From Myxococcota bacterium (GTDB taxonomy: Bacteria > Myxococcota > XYA12-FULL-58-9 > JABJBS01): a stretch of DNA of 45,005 nt. The notes below the pieces were generated by a model that was not told the DNA's origin, ran no database searches, and saw only the letters and a program-made list of their open reading frames with translations. The stretch spans positions 1 through 45,005 of the forward strand of contig JAYZAY010000070.1 in NCBI GenBank assembly GCA_036339465.1, read 5' to 3'. The translations under genes and the position numbers were made by a program. Of this stretch, positions 19,862 to 28,206 are shown piece after piece (position 1 is the first letter of the stretch; every line of letters starts with the position of its first letter).

Positions 19862-22783
19862 CTAATTTGTACGTAGGGCTTCTTCCAGTTTGAGAATATC
19901 CTGAGCGAGGTGAGAGTTTTCACCAACTTCCAGTTCATTGGCTATTTCTCGGGCTTCATGCAATGAGGTTTGGGCGGTGGCTGAAGCGTCGCTCAGGATT
20001 GAGATATAACCTTTGCGACAGAGGAGCCTCCCCAGCTCTAATTTATCGTCTACTTCTCTTAACAGGCCTTCGCCATTTTCAATGCGCTTGTTGGCCAAGC
20101 TCAATTCTCCTAATTTAGCATAGAGGGCGGCGAGGGAGCCGAGGAAAGCACCCTGGGCCCTTTTGAGCCCCACAGAGGCAGCCGCTTTTACGGCGGCTTC
20201 TAGATTCGATTTGGCTTCTTCCAATTTTTCGGCGTCTAGGCAGAGGTCACCCAAATTTCCAAGGACCAAAGCTTCGTCACGGCGGTTTCCTGTTTCTTTG
20301 AAGATCAAGAGTGAATCTTCAAAGCTACGCTGGGCGACTTCGAGCTTCCCTTCTTGAAAATAGAGGTTGCCCAAATTACAGAGCGCGATGCCTTCGGAAC
20401 GTCGGTTGCCGGTACGGCGGTGAATCGTAAGGGCGTCTTGGTAATTTTTTCTGGATTCTTCACCATTGCCTTGGATGCGATTGAGGATGCCCAAATTACC
20501 GAGGACGATGGCTTCATCGGCCAGATTTCCAACTTCACGATGGATGGCCAAGGCATCTTCATAGTTTCTACGGGCTTCTCCCATCTTGCCGTCGAGCTCG
20601 CTGACCACGGCAAATTCACCCGTCGATGCTCCTTGGAGTTTTCGATCGCCAACGGCCAAAGAAAGGGCTTTTGATTCGCCAAGCGCTTGGCGTGCGGCCG
20701 CGAGCTGACCGACCAATCGCATGGCTCTTCCCTGCTCCAAAAGCACCATGCTCTTACTTTTTGTTTCGAGTCCAGGACAGTTGAGAATCAGATTTGCTAA
20801 TTCGATGATGAGTAGGCATGGTCCCCTTAGGGTGAGCACTTTGGAAACCGCTAAGAATGTCTTTAATGCTATTTCCCAATCATTGACCGATAGGGATCGG
20901 TGGAGGGCGGTTAATAGATTATCCAGATCGAGGGCGAGTGCCTTGGTTAATTCCACACCTCCATGGGTGTGAAGAGAAACCAGGAATTTTTCTTCGCCAA
21001 ATTGAGAATAATAGTTTGCGAAACGGTGGCTTGTGTTTTCCAGCGCTGCTGCCCCGGAGATACTTTCACCGTTTGGGTCTACGATGTTTCCTTTTGTTTC
21101 TAGCTGCTCGGTGGCATATTCGCGGATTGATTCGTAAATGGAGAAACGCTGATTTCCGGTGCTGTCTTTTCTCACTTGCAAAAGACTTTTATCCAAAAGA
21201 GCTTGTAGGATATCCATGGCCCAAAGCCCGTCATCAAGAATTTCGACGTCTAAGACTGATTCGGATGCTTCTAAGGTAAATCCTCCGCGAAAGACGCTGA
21301 GCTGTGCGAGTGCGAGCTTTTCCCAGGGCTGCAGGAGGTTCCATGACCAATCAATGGTGCCTCGGAGGGTAATTTGTTTGGGACCTAAGTCTCGTCGGTT
21401 CTGCCGCAAGAGTTTGAATCGCTGGGAAAGGCGCTCTAATAGTTGTTTGGGATTGAGAATCGTTATCCGTGCTGCCGCGAGTTCGATGGCGAGGGACATA
21501 CGGTCGAGCCGGTTCACGATTTCTAGGACGGTGTTTGTGATAGCATCGGTCAGTTGAAAATCTGGTTTTACCGCCAGGGCCCGCTCTTGGAAGAGTTGTA
21601 TGGCTTCTTCGGCGGGAAGTGGGTCGAGGTAAAAAACTTGCTCTCCCTCGATCTGCAATCGACTTCGGCTGGTGATAAGAAAATGGGCTTCTGGGGCGAC
21701 TCGGAGCCAGTGACTCAAGGTTTCAGCGGCGAAATCGGCCACCTGCTCGAAATTATCCACGATGATGAGGGTTTTGCCTCGAGCACAGAGTTCTTCCGCA
21801 AGCTGCTCTTTAGGGTTTTTGTGGGAAAGGGTGATGTCCAGAGCGGTTCCCACGGTGGTCCAAATTGCTGCAAGGTTTCTGGCTTCCGTAAGGTCGCAAA
21901 ACCAAACGCCTCCGCGATATTCATGGAGGCAAAGGCTACCATACTGTTGGGCGAGACGTGTTTTGCCTGTTCCCCCGGTCCCAACCATCGTGATCAGCCG
22001 ACTATTGTTTGCGAAATGTTGGCGGAGTTTTTCTAGTTCGTTGATTCGACCAATGAATGAATCTGCACGATTGGGTAGATTGGTTTTGGTGAGGTCGATG
22101 GTACGGATTTTTGGAAACACTCTTTCGGCGAAGCCGGTAGAAGAAATCTGTCGAATTTCTTCGGTGCCTTCCAAGCCTTTAAGAGCGTGTTCACCAAGGT
22201 TTGTGATGACGATATCACTTTTTTCTAGTTCGGCTTTGGCTTCTAGCCAGGTGGCTTGGGAAATAAGGATTTGACCACCATGGCCCGCGGCGCTGACCCG
22301 TGCAGCCCGATTTACGGTGGTGCCGAAATAGTCCATTCGTCCGGTATTTTTGTCTATTTCACTGGCGGCATGTCCTGTATGGATTCCTATTCGAACTCTG
22401 GCTCCTCGGAATAACGCGTTGTGATCAATCCCCACCGTTTCTTCTAAGTTTTGCTCCTCTAGATAGAAGGGGGACCAATTCGCATTTTGGAGCCGGTCTT
22501 GGATGGCGATGGCATATTGAATGGCATCCCATGCCTTTACAAAGGAAATCATGAAGGCATCGCCCTCAAATTTTACTTCATAGCCGTTAAATTCATTCAA
22601 GGCATGACGGAATAGTTGATTGTGGGTATCGATGACTTCTTTGAAGCGATCGCCGAAATGCTCCCACATGCGCGTGGAACCTTGAATATCAGAGAAGAAC
22701 AATGAAACGGTTCCGGTTGGTGCTTTTACCATGTTCCCCAATTTGTCCTTTTTAGCTGTTTTTTTCGCGGCGGGTTGCCCCAC
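19862..22783 (-). CDS. Class III adenylate cyclase - STAND/NB-ARC-like ATPase - TPR protein
   Basis: FSDIQGST, KFEGDAF, RIGIHTG, DYFGTTVNRAARV; Walker A GTGGTGKT, IVDNFEQ, LITSR, LAIELAAAR; C-terminal TPRs (GNLG repeats). Start GTG 22783 or ATG 22733. Confidence 0.88.
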   Translation of the reverse strand: MGQPAAKKTAKKDKLGNMVKAPTGTVSLFFSDIQGSTRMWEHFGDRFKEVIDTHNQLFRHALNEFNGYEVKFEGDAFMISFVKAWDAIQYAIAIQDRLQNANWSPFYLEEQNLEETVGIDHNALFRGARVRIGIHTGHAASEIDKNTGRMDYFGTTVNRAARVSAAGHGGQILISQATWLEAKAELEKSDIVITNLGEHALKGLEGTEEIRQISSTGFAERVFPKIRTIDLTKTNLPNRADSFIGRINELEKLRQHFANNSRLITMVGTGGTGKTRLAQQYGSLCLHEYRGGVWFCDLTEARNLAAIWTTVGTALDITLSHKNPKEQLAEELCARGKTLIIVDNFEQVADFAAETLSHWLRVAPEAHFLITSRSRLQIEGEQVFYLDPLPAEEAIQLFQERALAVKPDFQLTDAITNTVLEIVNRLDRMSLAIELAAARITILNPKQLLERLSQRFKLLRQNRRDLGPKQITLRGTIDWSWNLLQPWEKLALAQLSVFRGGFTLEASESVLDVEILDDGLWAMDILQALLDKSLLQVRKDSTGNQRFSIYESIREYATEQLETKGNIVDPNGESISGAAALENTSHRFANYYSQFGEEKFLVSLHTHGGVELTKALALDLDNLLTALHRSLSVNDWEIALKTFLAVSKVLTLRGPCLLIIELANLILNCPGLETKSKSMVLLEQGRAMRLVGQLAAARQALGESKALSLAVGDRKLQGASTGEFAVVSELDGKMGEARRNYEDALAIHREVGNLADEAIVLGNLGILNRIQGNGEESRKNYQDALTIHRRTGNRRSEGIALCNLGNLYFQEGKLEVAQRSFEDSLLIFKETGNRRDEALVLGNLGDLCLDAEKLEEAKSNLEAAVKAAASVGLKRAQGAFLGSLAALYAKLGELSLANKRIENGEGLLREVDDKLELGRLLCRKGYISILSDASATAQTSLHEAREIANELEVGENSHLAQDILKLEEALRTN

Positions 22784-23080
22784 AAATTAGTCCACAGATC
22801 AGGCCGCACGTGAAATCTATCCCCTTTTCTAACCAAAAACCAGTGGGTCATGACCGACAAGTTCCAATGCTTTCATTAAAGGGTCTGGCCCTAAGGGCAA
22901 TGGTGAATCTTTGGGGCATCATAAAATCGAAAGCCCAGCCAGGTAAAGCTCAGGGAAGGATGAAGAGTGTTGGTCTGTTGGGTTTTATGCCAAACACAGA
23001 AAGGGGCGTTGGGGATGGTTTTGCTTGATTTTTGAAGGGCCCTCAAGGATAGAAGTCTAAAACCCAATATCCGAGAGAGT

Positions 23081-23815
23081 TTGATGGCCTGTTTTAGAGC
23101 TTTAATTCGCCCCACCCTATTTCATTGTCTGTCATTTTTGGCGATTTCAACTTTGATTTCAGCTTCCCTTGGTTTTTTAACGGGATGTAGTGATGATACG
23201 TTGGGGCAAGTGCCTCTCACTCCCCCCCCGCCACCAGCACCGGTTGTGGATCCAGGTCCTTGTCCTGAGTGGCATGCGTGTAATGATGAAAACCCCTGCA
23301 CTTTTAATGATGTTTGTCAGGCGGGGGAATGCGTGGGAACCGCTTACAGCTGTGATGATGAGGATGCGTGCACAGCGGATACATGTGATGGAGCCGGCGA
23401 GTGTTTATACGAAGATCTCGATTGCCCCGAAGACCTACCCATCGAAGAGACAGAATGGGTCGGTTGGTACACCTGTAGTGGGGCTCAAGGAAAAACTGCG
23501 TTGACCCTAACCACTTCATGGAATCCAAACACCAATGGTATGTCGGGTATTTTTGCCTTTAGCGAGCATCCCGACAATCCAGGGCTTCCCTTTGGAAGTT
23601 TTTCTTTGGTGGGAACATACAATCCCGACGACCGAACCATGAGTTTGTTGCCCAAAGCGTGGATCGTTCATCCCGGGACTTGGAATATGGTGGGTATGAC
23701 TGGGCAGTACGATCGAGATGCGCGTCAAATCCATGGGAATATTACCAACCGAGAAGGATTCGAAAGTATGGTATGCGAAACCTTTGACCTCGACCGGGTG
23801 GACCCTGACCAATAA
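23081..23815 (+). CDS. Lipoprotein with Pro linker, CDD/CND-x-PCT-type Cys repeats and a C-terminal beta domain
   Basis: Lipobox LTG-C; CNDENPCTFNDVC and CDDEDACTADTC repeats; WVGWYTC domain. Confidence 0.65.
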   Translation: MMACFRALIRPTLFHCLSFLAISTLISASLGFLTGCSDDTLGQVPLTPPPPPAPVVDPGPCPEWHACNDENPCTFNDVCQAGECVGTAYSCDDEDACTADTCDGAGECLYEDLDCPEDLPIEETEWVGWYTCSGAQGKTALTLTTSWNPNTNGMSGIFAFSEHPDNPGLPFGSFSLVGTYNPDDRTMSLLPKAWIVHPGTWNMVGMTGQYDRDARQIHGNITNREGFESMVCETFDLDRVDPDQ

Positions 23816-23926
23816 TAGATTTTCGTTTCAGCGCTCCAGTTTCAGTCGTTTATGCCATGAGGGTCGCGCGATTTTTTTCTTAACTCTGTCATTAAATCTT
23901 CGAGCCAAACTGTGGGGGCGACCTCT

Positions 23927-24862
23927 TTAAGGCAGGATTTGGGTTCCGGCCTTCCCTTTCAAACCATCGGATAGATGCTCGGGATCGGTGATCAATACCC
24001 GCTTACCGCCTTGTTCGATGAAGTCCAGTGCTGCTTCGATTTTGGGACCCATACTTCCTTTCGGAAATTCTCCGGAATCATACAATTCCCTTAATTTTGG
24101 AGCTCGGATTTCCCTGAGCTTTTGGGCGTTATTGGTGTGGAAACCCACTTCGACGTAAGCGACTCCGGTGGATATGATGAAGAGGTCGGCTTTAAGTTGA
24201 GTGGCCAGTAGACCGGCGGTTCGATCTTTGTCGATGACCGCGTCCAAACCATCGAGGAGTTTCCCTCTTTTCACCACGGGCACCCCCCCTCCTCCGGCCG
24301 CGATGGGCACGTGGCCACTTTGGAGGAGGGCTTTAATGGCGTCTATTTCGATGATTTTCTTGGGTTTGGGAGAGGCTACGACCCTTCGCCAACCCCGGCC
24401 CGAATCCTCCACCATGGTCCAGCCCAATTCTTCTATTTTGAGTTGCGCATCTTCTTTTGAGAGAAATTGTCCGATGGGCTTGGAGGGATTGCTGAGTTCT
24501 GGGTCTTGTGTGGACACTTGGACTTGGGTAACCATGGCGACCACTTTTTTATCGATACCGTCGTAACTAAATTGATTCCCCAAAACTTGCTGGAGCATGT
24601 AGCCGATGCCACCTGCAGTGTTGGCGTCGCAAACGCCCAAGGGCAGTTCATAAATCTGTGGAGCAGCCAGTTCCGAACGTCTCAACATGGCACCGACTTG
24701 GGGGCCATTGCCGTGACTTAGGACCAGGTCCCAACCCTCTTGGATGATTTGGGATAAATGCTTGCATGTATTCCGCGCATTCTTAAATTGCTCTGGGATA
24801 GTACCAGTTTCCTGATCCAGAACCAGTGAATTCCCACCGATGGCAACGACTGCTACAGACAT
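23927..24862 (-). CDS. arcC: Carbamate kinase
   Basis: VAIGGNS, SHGNGPQVG, PSKPIG, GWRRVVASPKP, GGGGVPV, AVIDKD, GSMGPKI. Confidence 0.93.
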   Translation of the reverse strand: MSVAVVAIGGNSLVLDQETGTIPEQFKNARNTCKHLSQIIQEGWDLVLSHGNGPQVGAMLRRSELAAPQIYELPLGVCDANTAGGIGYMLQQVLGNQFSYDGIDKKVVAMVTQVQVSTQDPELSNPSKPIGQFLSKEDAQLKIEELGWTMVEDSGRGWRRVVASPKPKKIIEIDAIKALLQSGHVPIAAGGGGVPVVKRGKLLDGLDAVIDKDRTAGLLATQLKADLFIISTGVAYVEVGFHTNNAQKLREIRAPKLRELYDSGEFPKGSMGPKIEAALDFIEQGGKRVLITDPEHLSDGLKGKAGTQILP

Positions 24863-25238
24863 TCACGCCTCCGGGCCCAATGGGGCCTTCTTTATGTTTA
24901 AGCACGGAGCATGGGGGCTAGTTGATTTTTCCTCAGATGACCGTCGGTTCGGCTGACCGAGTTATGTTCATTGGGGCCTTCTCTTAGACTATAGTCTTGA
25001 TCTGATGTGGAATGAAATATGGGGAGGGCGTTTAGGCCTTCGATGGGGCTTTTTTTATCCAAGGGAAGTAGCGAATCTCAAAGGATTGCGCTCCACCAGG
25101 GCCCCATCTGGAGGAGGCGCCTATGCTTGGAGAGAAATCCAAGGGACTCTTTTGAGTTGTATGGGCCAGGTTTGACTTTCCATCCCACTGAGATAGACAT
25201 CCGCCCAACGAAATTGATCATTCAGAGGGGTAGAAACG

Positions 25239-25742
25239 ATGGCCACCGATACACACACATTCAAAGAAACACTCGCTTCTTGGGCTTCAGGGGTTACTGT
25301 GGTGACCACCGTCTATGGGGAAGAAAGACATGGGCTCACCGCGAGTGCATTTTCGAGTTTGAGCATGGATCCTCCTTTGGTCCTCGTGTGTGTGAATAAG
25401 GGGTCGCGTTCCGATGAGGCGATCAAGCAAGGCGAAGCCTTTGGGGTGAGTATTTTGGGAACCGATCAGGTCTTTTGGGGCGAGCGTTTTGCTGGATTCC
25501 ATGGGGATGTCGAAGACCGTTTTGATGGGTGTGAAACATTCACTAGGGAGACAGGCTCTCCCATCCTAACAGGCTCGCTCGGTTGGCTGGATTGTCGTTT
25601 ATGGGCGGTCTATGATGGTGGTGACCACCATATCTTTGTAGGCGAGGTAGTGGAAGCAGGTTCTGACGCGGGTAAAAAGCCGGTGATGTATTACGACCGT
25701 GCTTGGCGTGGGGTGGGTGCGCCCGTTGACCCTAAGGCATAG
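25239..25742 (+). CDS. Flavin reductase family protein (DIM6/NTAB, HpaC-like)
   Basis: ASGVTVVT, GLTASAFSSLSMDPPLVLVC, GGDHHIFVGEV. Confidence 0.9.
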   Translation: MATDTHTFKETLASWASGVTVVTTVYGEERHGLTASAFSSLSMDPPLVLVCVNKGSRSDEAIKQGEAFGVSILGTDQVFWGERFAGFHGDVEDRFDGCETFTRETGSPILTGSLGWLDCRLWAVYDGGDHHIFVGEVVEAGSDAGKKPVMYYDRAWRGVGAPVDPKA

Positions 25743-25752
25743 TAAGCCTGTC

Positions 25753-25827
25753 TCTATGGAGTTCTATGGAGTTCTATGGAGTTTGGCGAGTTTGGCGAGT
25801 TTGGCGAGTTTGGCGAGTTTGGCGAGT
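25753..25827. repeat. Compound tandem repeat: TCTATGGAGT x3 followed by TTGGCGAGT x5
   Basis: 10-bp units at 25753-25782 and 9-bp units at 25783-25827, starting 10 bp after the flavin reductase stop. Confidence 0.95.
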
Positions 25828-25874
25828 TTCTTGGGGTTTTTGACTATGGGGGGATGTCGACTTTGTGGGATCCC

Positions 25875-25900
25875 AAAAAGCCCGGCCGAAACCGGGCTTT
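25875..25900 (-). terminator. Intrinsic terminator, probably bidirectional
   Basis: AAAGCCCGG-ccgaaa-CCGGGCTTT hairpin with a T-run on the minus strand, between convergent genes. Confidence 0.8.
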
Positions 25901-25903
25901 AGG

Positions 25904-26092
25904 TTAGATGGTGATGTTCAGATGAGCACCTACACCTTGTTTGGGACGTGGAGCCGGCTGGTTTTTTTGAGCACTCGACTCGATGAGTTTGAGTGCCGCT
26001 TGCCCATTTTGCTCCATGGCTTTTTTCTGGAGTTGCATCACCTTGACGGCGTATTGCAACTCTAGGTCATTGCCAGAGTTGTTAATTTGCAT
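25904..26092 (-). CDS. Small YjfB-like (putative motility) protein
   Basis: AVKVMQLQKKAMEQNGQAALKLIES...GVGAHLNI pattern. Confidence 0.65.
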   Translation of the reverse strand: MQINNSGNDLELQYAVKVMQLQKKAMEQNGQAALKLIESSAQKNQPAPRPKQGVGAHLNITI

Positions 26093-26158
26093 GGCCCATC
26101 CTTTGGTTGAACCCGCTCGGCATTCTTCGTCTGATTTTATGGGAACTTAAATTGGGTA

Positions 26159-26851
26159 TTAGCGACCGACACTGCGGCAGCGGGTTGTGTTTTCTGGTGT
26201 GATCTCCAAACTCGATGGGCGTTGGTTGAGGATCCATTGGACCTTCAAACACATGAGATAAGTCTTTTCCCGTTCTTTGATGGTGTCGTTGTAGCTGGTC
26301 AAGGTTTCAACTTCCGGCAAAGGGGTGTCGAGGTTGAAATAGACTTTTTTTGGGCAATCGCTTTCGTAAAATTCGCCTGAAATCTTAATACCGGCCTGTT
26401 TCAGGTATTCGCGTGCGAATTCTAGACTTCGATGCGCGCGGCCCCCGTCTTTATTCCAGAGTTTGGCCCCTCCCACGAGAGCGGCCTCCATATTATGTGG
26501 CGAGGCACCTAAGAGTGTGAATCGGCTCAATAAATTTTCCAGTGCGGCCCGACCGTAATTCCGTATGGATTTTTGGCTTAGGCTATCCATGGCAGGCATG
26601 GCAGATTCTGGGAGCATGAAGTGGGTCATACCGACAAAGCGTTTGGATTTATCCCTTAGGCAGACCGCGCAGGAGGTGCCTAGGACGGTCACCAAAAGCT
26701 CATTGCTTGCCGAGAAGATGTATTGACCTGGTTTGAGTTTTGCGACCCTTTTCTCGCGAATGGGATCCCAATACCGATTGATATTCTGGGTGGTTGGCAG
26801 TGGTGTTGGTTCATAAAGGTCTCGATAATTCAAAGCCAAGCTTTGTGACAT
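26159..26851 (-). CDS. cheD: CheD chemoreceptor glutamine deamidase-like protein (atypical active site)
   Basis: KLKPGQY, TVLGTSCAVCL, GMTHFMLP, YG..A.E.L, VGGA, KKVYF, NDTIKERE. Confidence 0.8.
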   Translation of the reverse strand: MSQSLALNYRDLYEPTPLPTTQNINRYWDPIREKRVAKLKPGQYIFSASNELLVTVLGTSCAVCLRDKSKRFVGMTHFMLPESAMPAMDSLSQKSIRNYGRAALENLLSRFTLLGASPHNMEAALVGGAKLWNKDGGRAHRSLEFAREYLKQAGIKISGEFYESDCPKKVYFNLDTPLPEVETLTSYNDTIKEREKTYLMCLKVQWILNQRPSSLEITPENTTRCRSVGR

Positions 26852-27093
26852 TGTTTTCCCCCCTTCGATGTTTTGGTGCCCTTAAAGCCAATCGATCGGG
26901 TTGGCCCAAACCCCATCGATTTTATTTTGCGTTTCCTGTGGGTATGTTTTCATGCCACCCAAACTCAGATCAACCCTCAACGGGAGAGATTTTATGTTTT
27001 CGCAAAAAAGCAATTGCAAGGCTGAGGAAAAGGTGCGGAGATTGGTCCGCTATCTAGAAGGATGACCACCATTTTTCGCTCTTTTGGTGGGAT

Positions 27094-27996
27094 ATGGTCT
27101 TCAAAAAAATAGGATATGTTATTGAACCGCTAAGATTTTTGTGGCTGCTGTTGGTGATGCGGTTTAGGAGAGCTTCGTTGCGTCATTGGAGTGTAAATGT
27201 ATCTGTGGAGCGATTGGAGCGCCCTGGATTGAATTGTGATGTTGGGGCGTGGTGGGAATTATTCCAGCTGCGAGAGCGAGATCAACTGTGTCGCACCCTA
27301 CAAGTATTATGTCCCTGGGCTACCTTGGGGTTGGTGGTCAGCGAAATCGCGCCCCTCTTCAATCCCGAGTTTCCGAGTCAGATTCTAGAAACGTCGATGA
27401 CCATTGGTCTGATGAGCCTTCTTTATTGGGTTTCATGGAGGGCTTGGCCTCGGTCGGTTGTGGCGGCCTTACTTGTGGCGACGTCCATCGCTTCTGGTGC
27501 CTATATCGGTTGGGCTTGTGTGGCCAGTGGTAACTTTTTCTCGGCCCATACTCTAGCCATCTGTGTTGTTTTGACCTTTCTTGCCCTTGGCGGGTTGAGC
27601 ACCCGAGAAACGATTCTCGGAACTTTGGGAACGGTTCTGTCTTGGTTCTCGGTTTGTCGGTTTGGGGCGTTGGGGGAGTGGCATGAAGCGGTTCGCCACA
27701 TTCATGGCCCCTCAGGGGATTCACTGACATTGCGGGTGGGGATCCACCAAGGCGAGGTGGCTGTGGGGGCCTTTGGTGGGGCGCGTCGGGTTGATTACAC
27801 CGCGCTTGGGACCACCGTCAACTTGGCGGCTCGATTGGAATCATTGTGTCCTAAGGGGAAAATCTTGATTTCTGCCGAAGTCTTGAATCATGTGGCAGGC
27901 TTTGAACAACCCGAGAAAGTGATGGAGAATCTCAGGGTCAAAGGGATATCCGAACCGGTGACGGCATTCTTGCTCGCTTCGAAGTTATCGGGGTGA
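27094..27996 (+). CDS. Membrane protein fused to only the C-terminal half of a class III nucleotide cyclase (possible in-frame deletion or pseudogene)
   Basis: TM helices followed by LRVGIHQG, DYTALGTTVNLAARLES, ILIS and VKG; the FxDIxGF and KxxGD motifs are absent. Confidence 0.7.
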   Translation: MVFKKIGYVIEPLRFLWLLLVMRFRRASLRHWSVNVSVERLERPGLNCDVGAWWELFQLRERDQLCRTLQVLCPWATLGLVVSEIAPLFNPEFPSQILETSMTIGLMSLLYWVSWRAWPRSVVAALLVATSIASGAYIGWACVASGNFFSAHTLAICVVLTFLALGGLSTRETILGTLGTVLSWFSVCRFGALGEWHEAVRHIHGPSGDSLTLRVGIHQGEVAVGAFGGARRVDYTALGTTVNLAARLESLCPKGKILISAEVLNHVAGFEQPEKVMENLRVKGISEPVTAFLLASKLSG

Positions 27997-28206
27997 GTGT
28001 ATAGAGGTGACGAGCCGTGGGTTGGGTGCTCCCAAAGTGAGTCTTCATTGGCTTCTCTCTTGATTCACGTAGCTTATAAAACTGCTCTACACCGTGATTT
28101 TTGAACATTTTTTGCATCTCTAAACCCTCGGCTTACTTGTGCATACATAGGCTTTAGGGCTGCAAAGGCGTAGGCTAGGAACTGGGGTTCTACGGGGAGA
28201 CTATCG

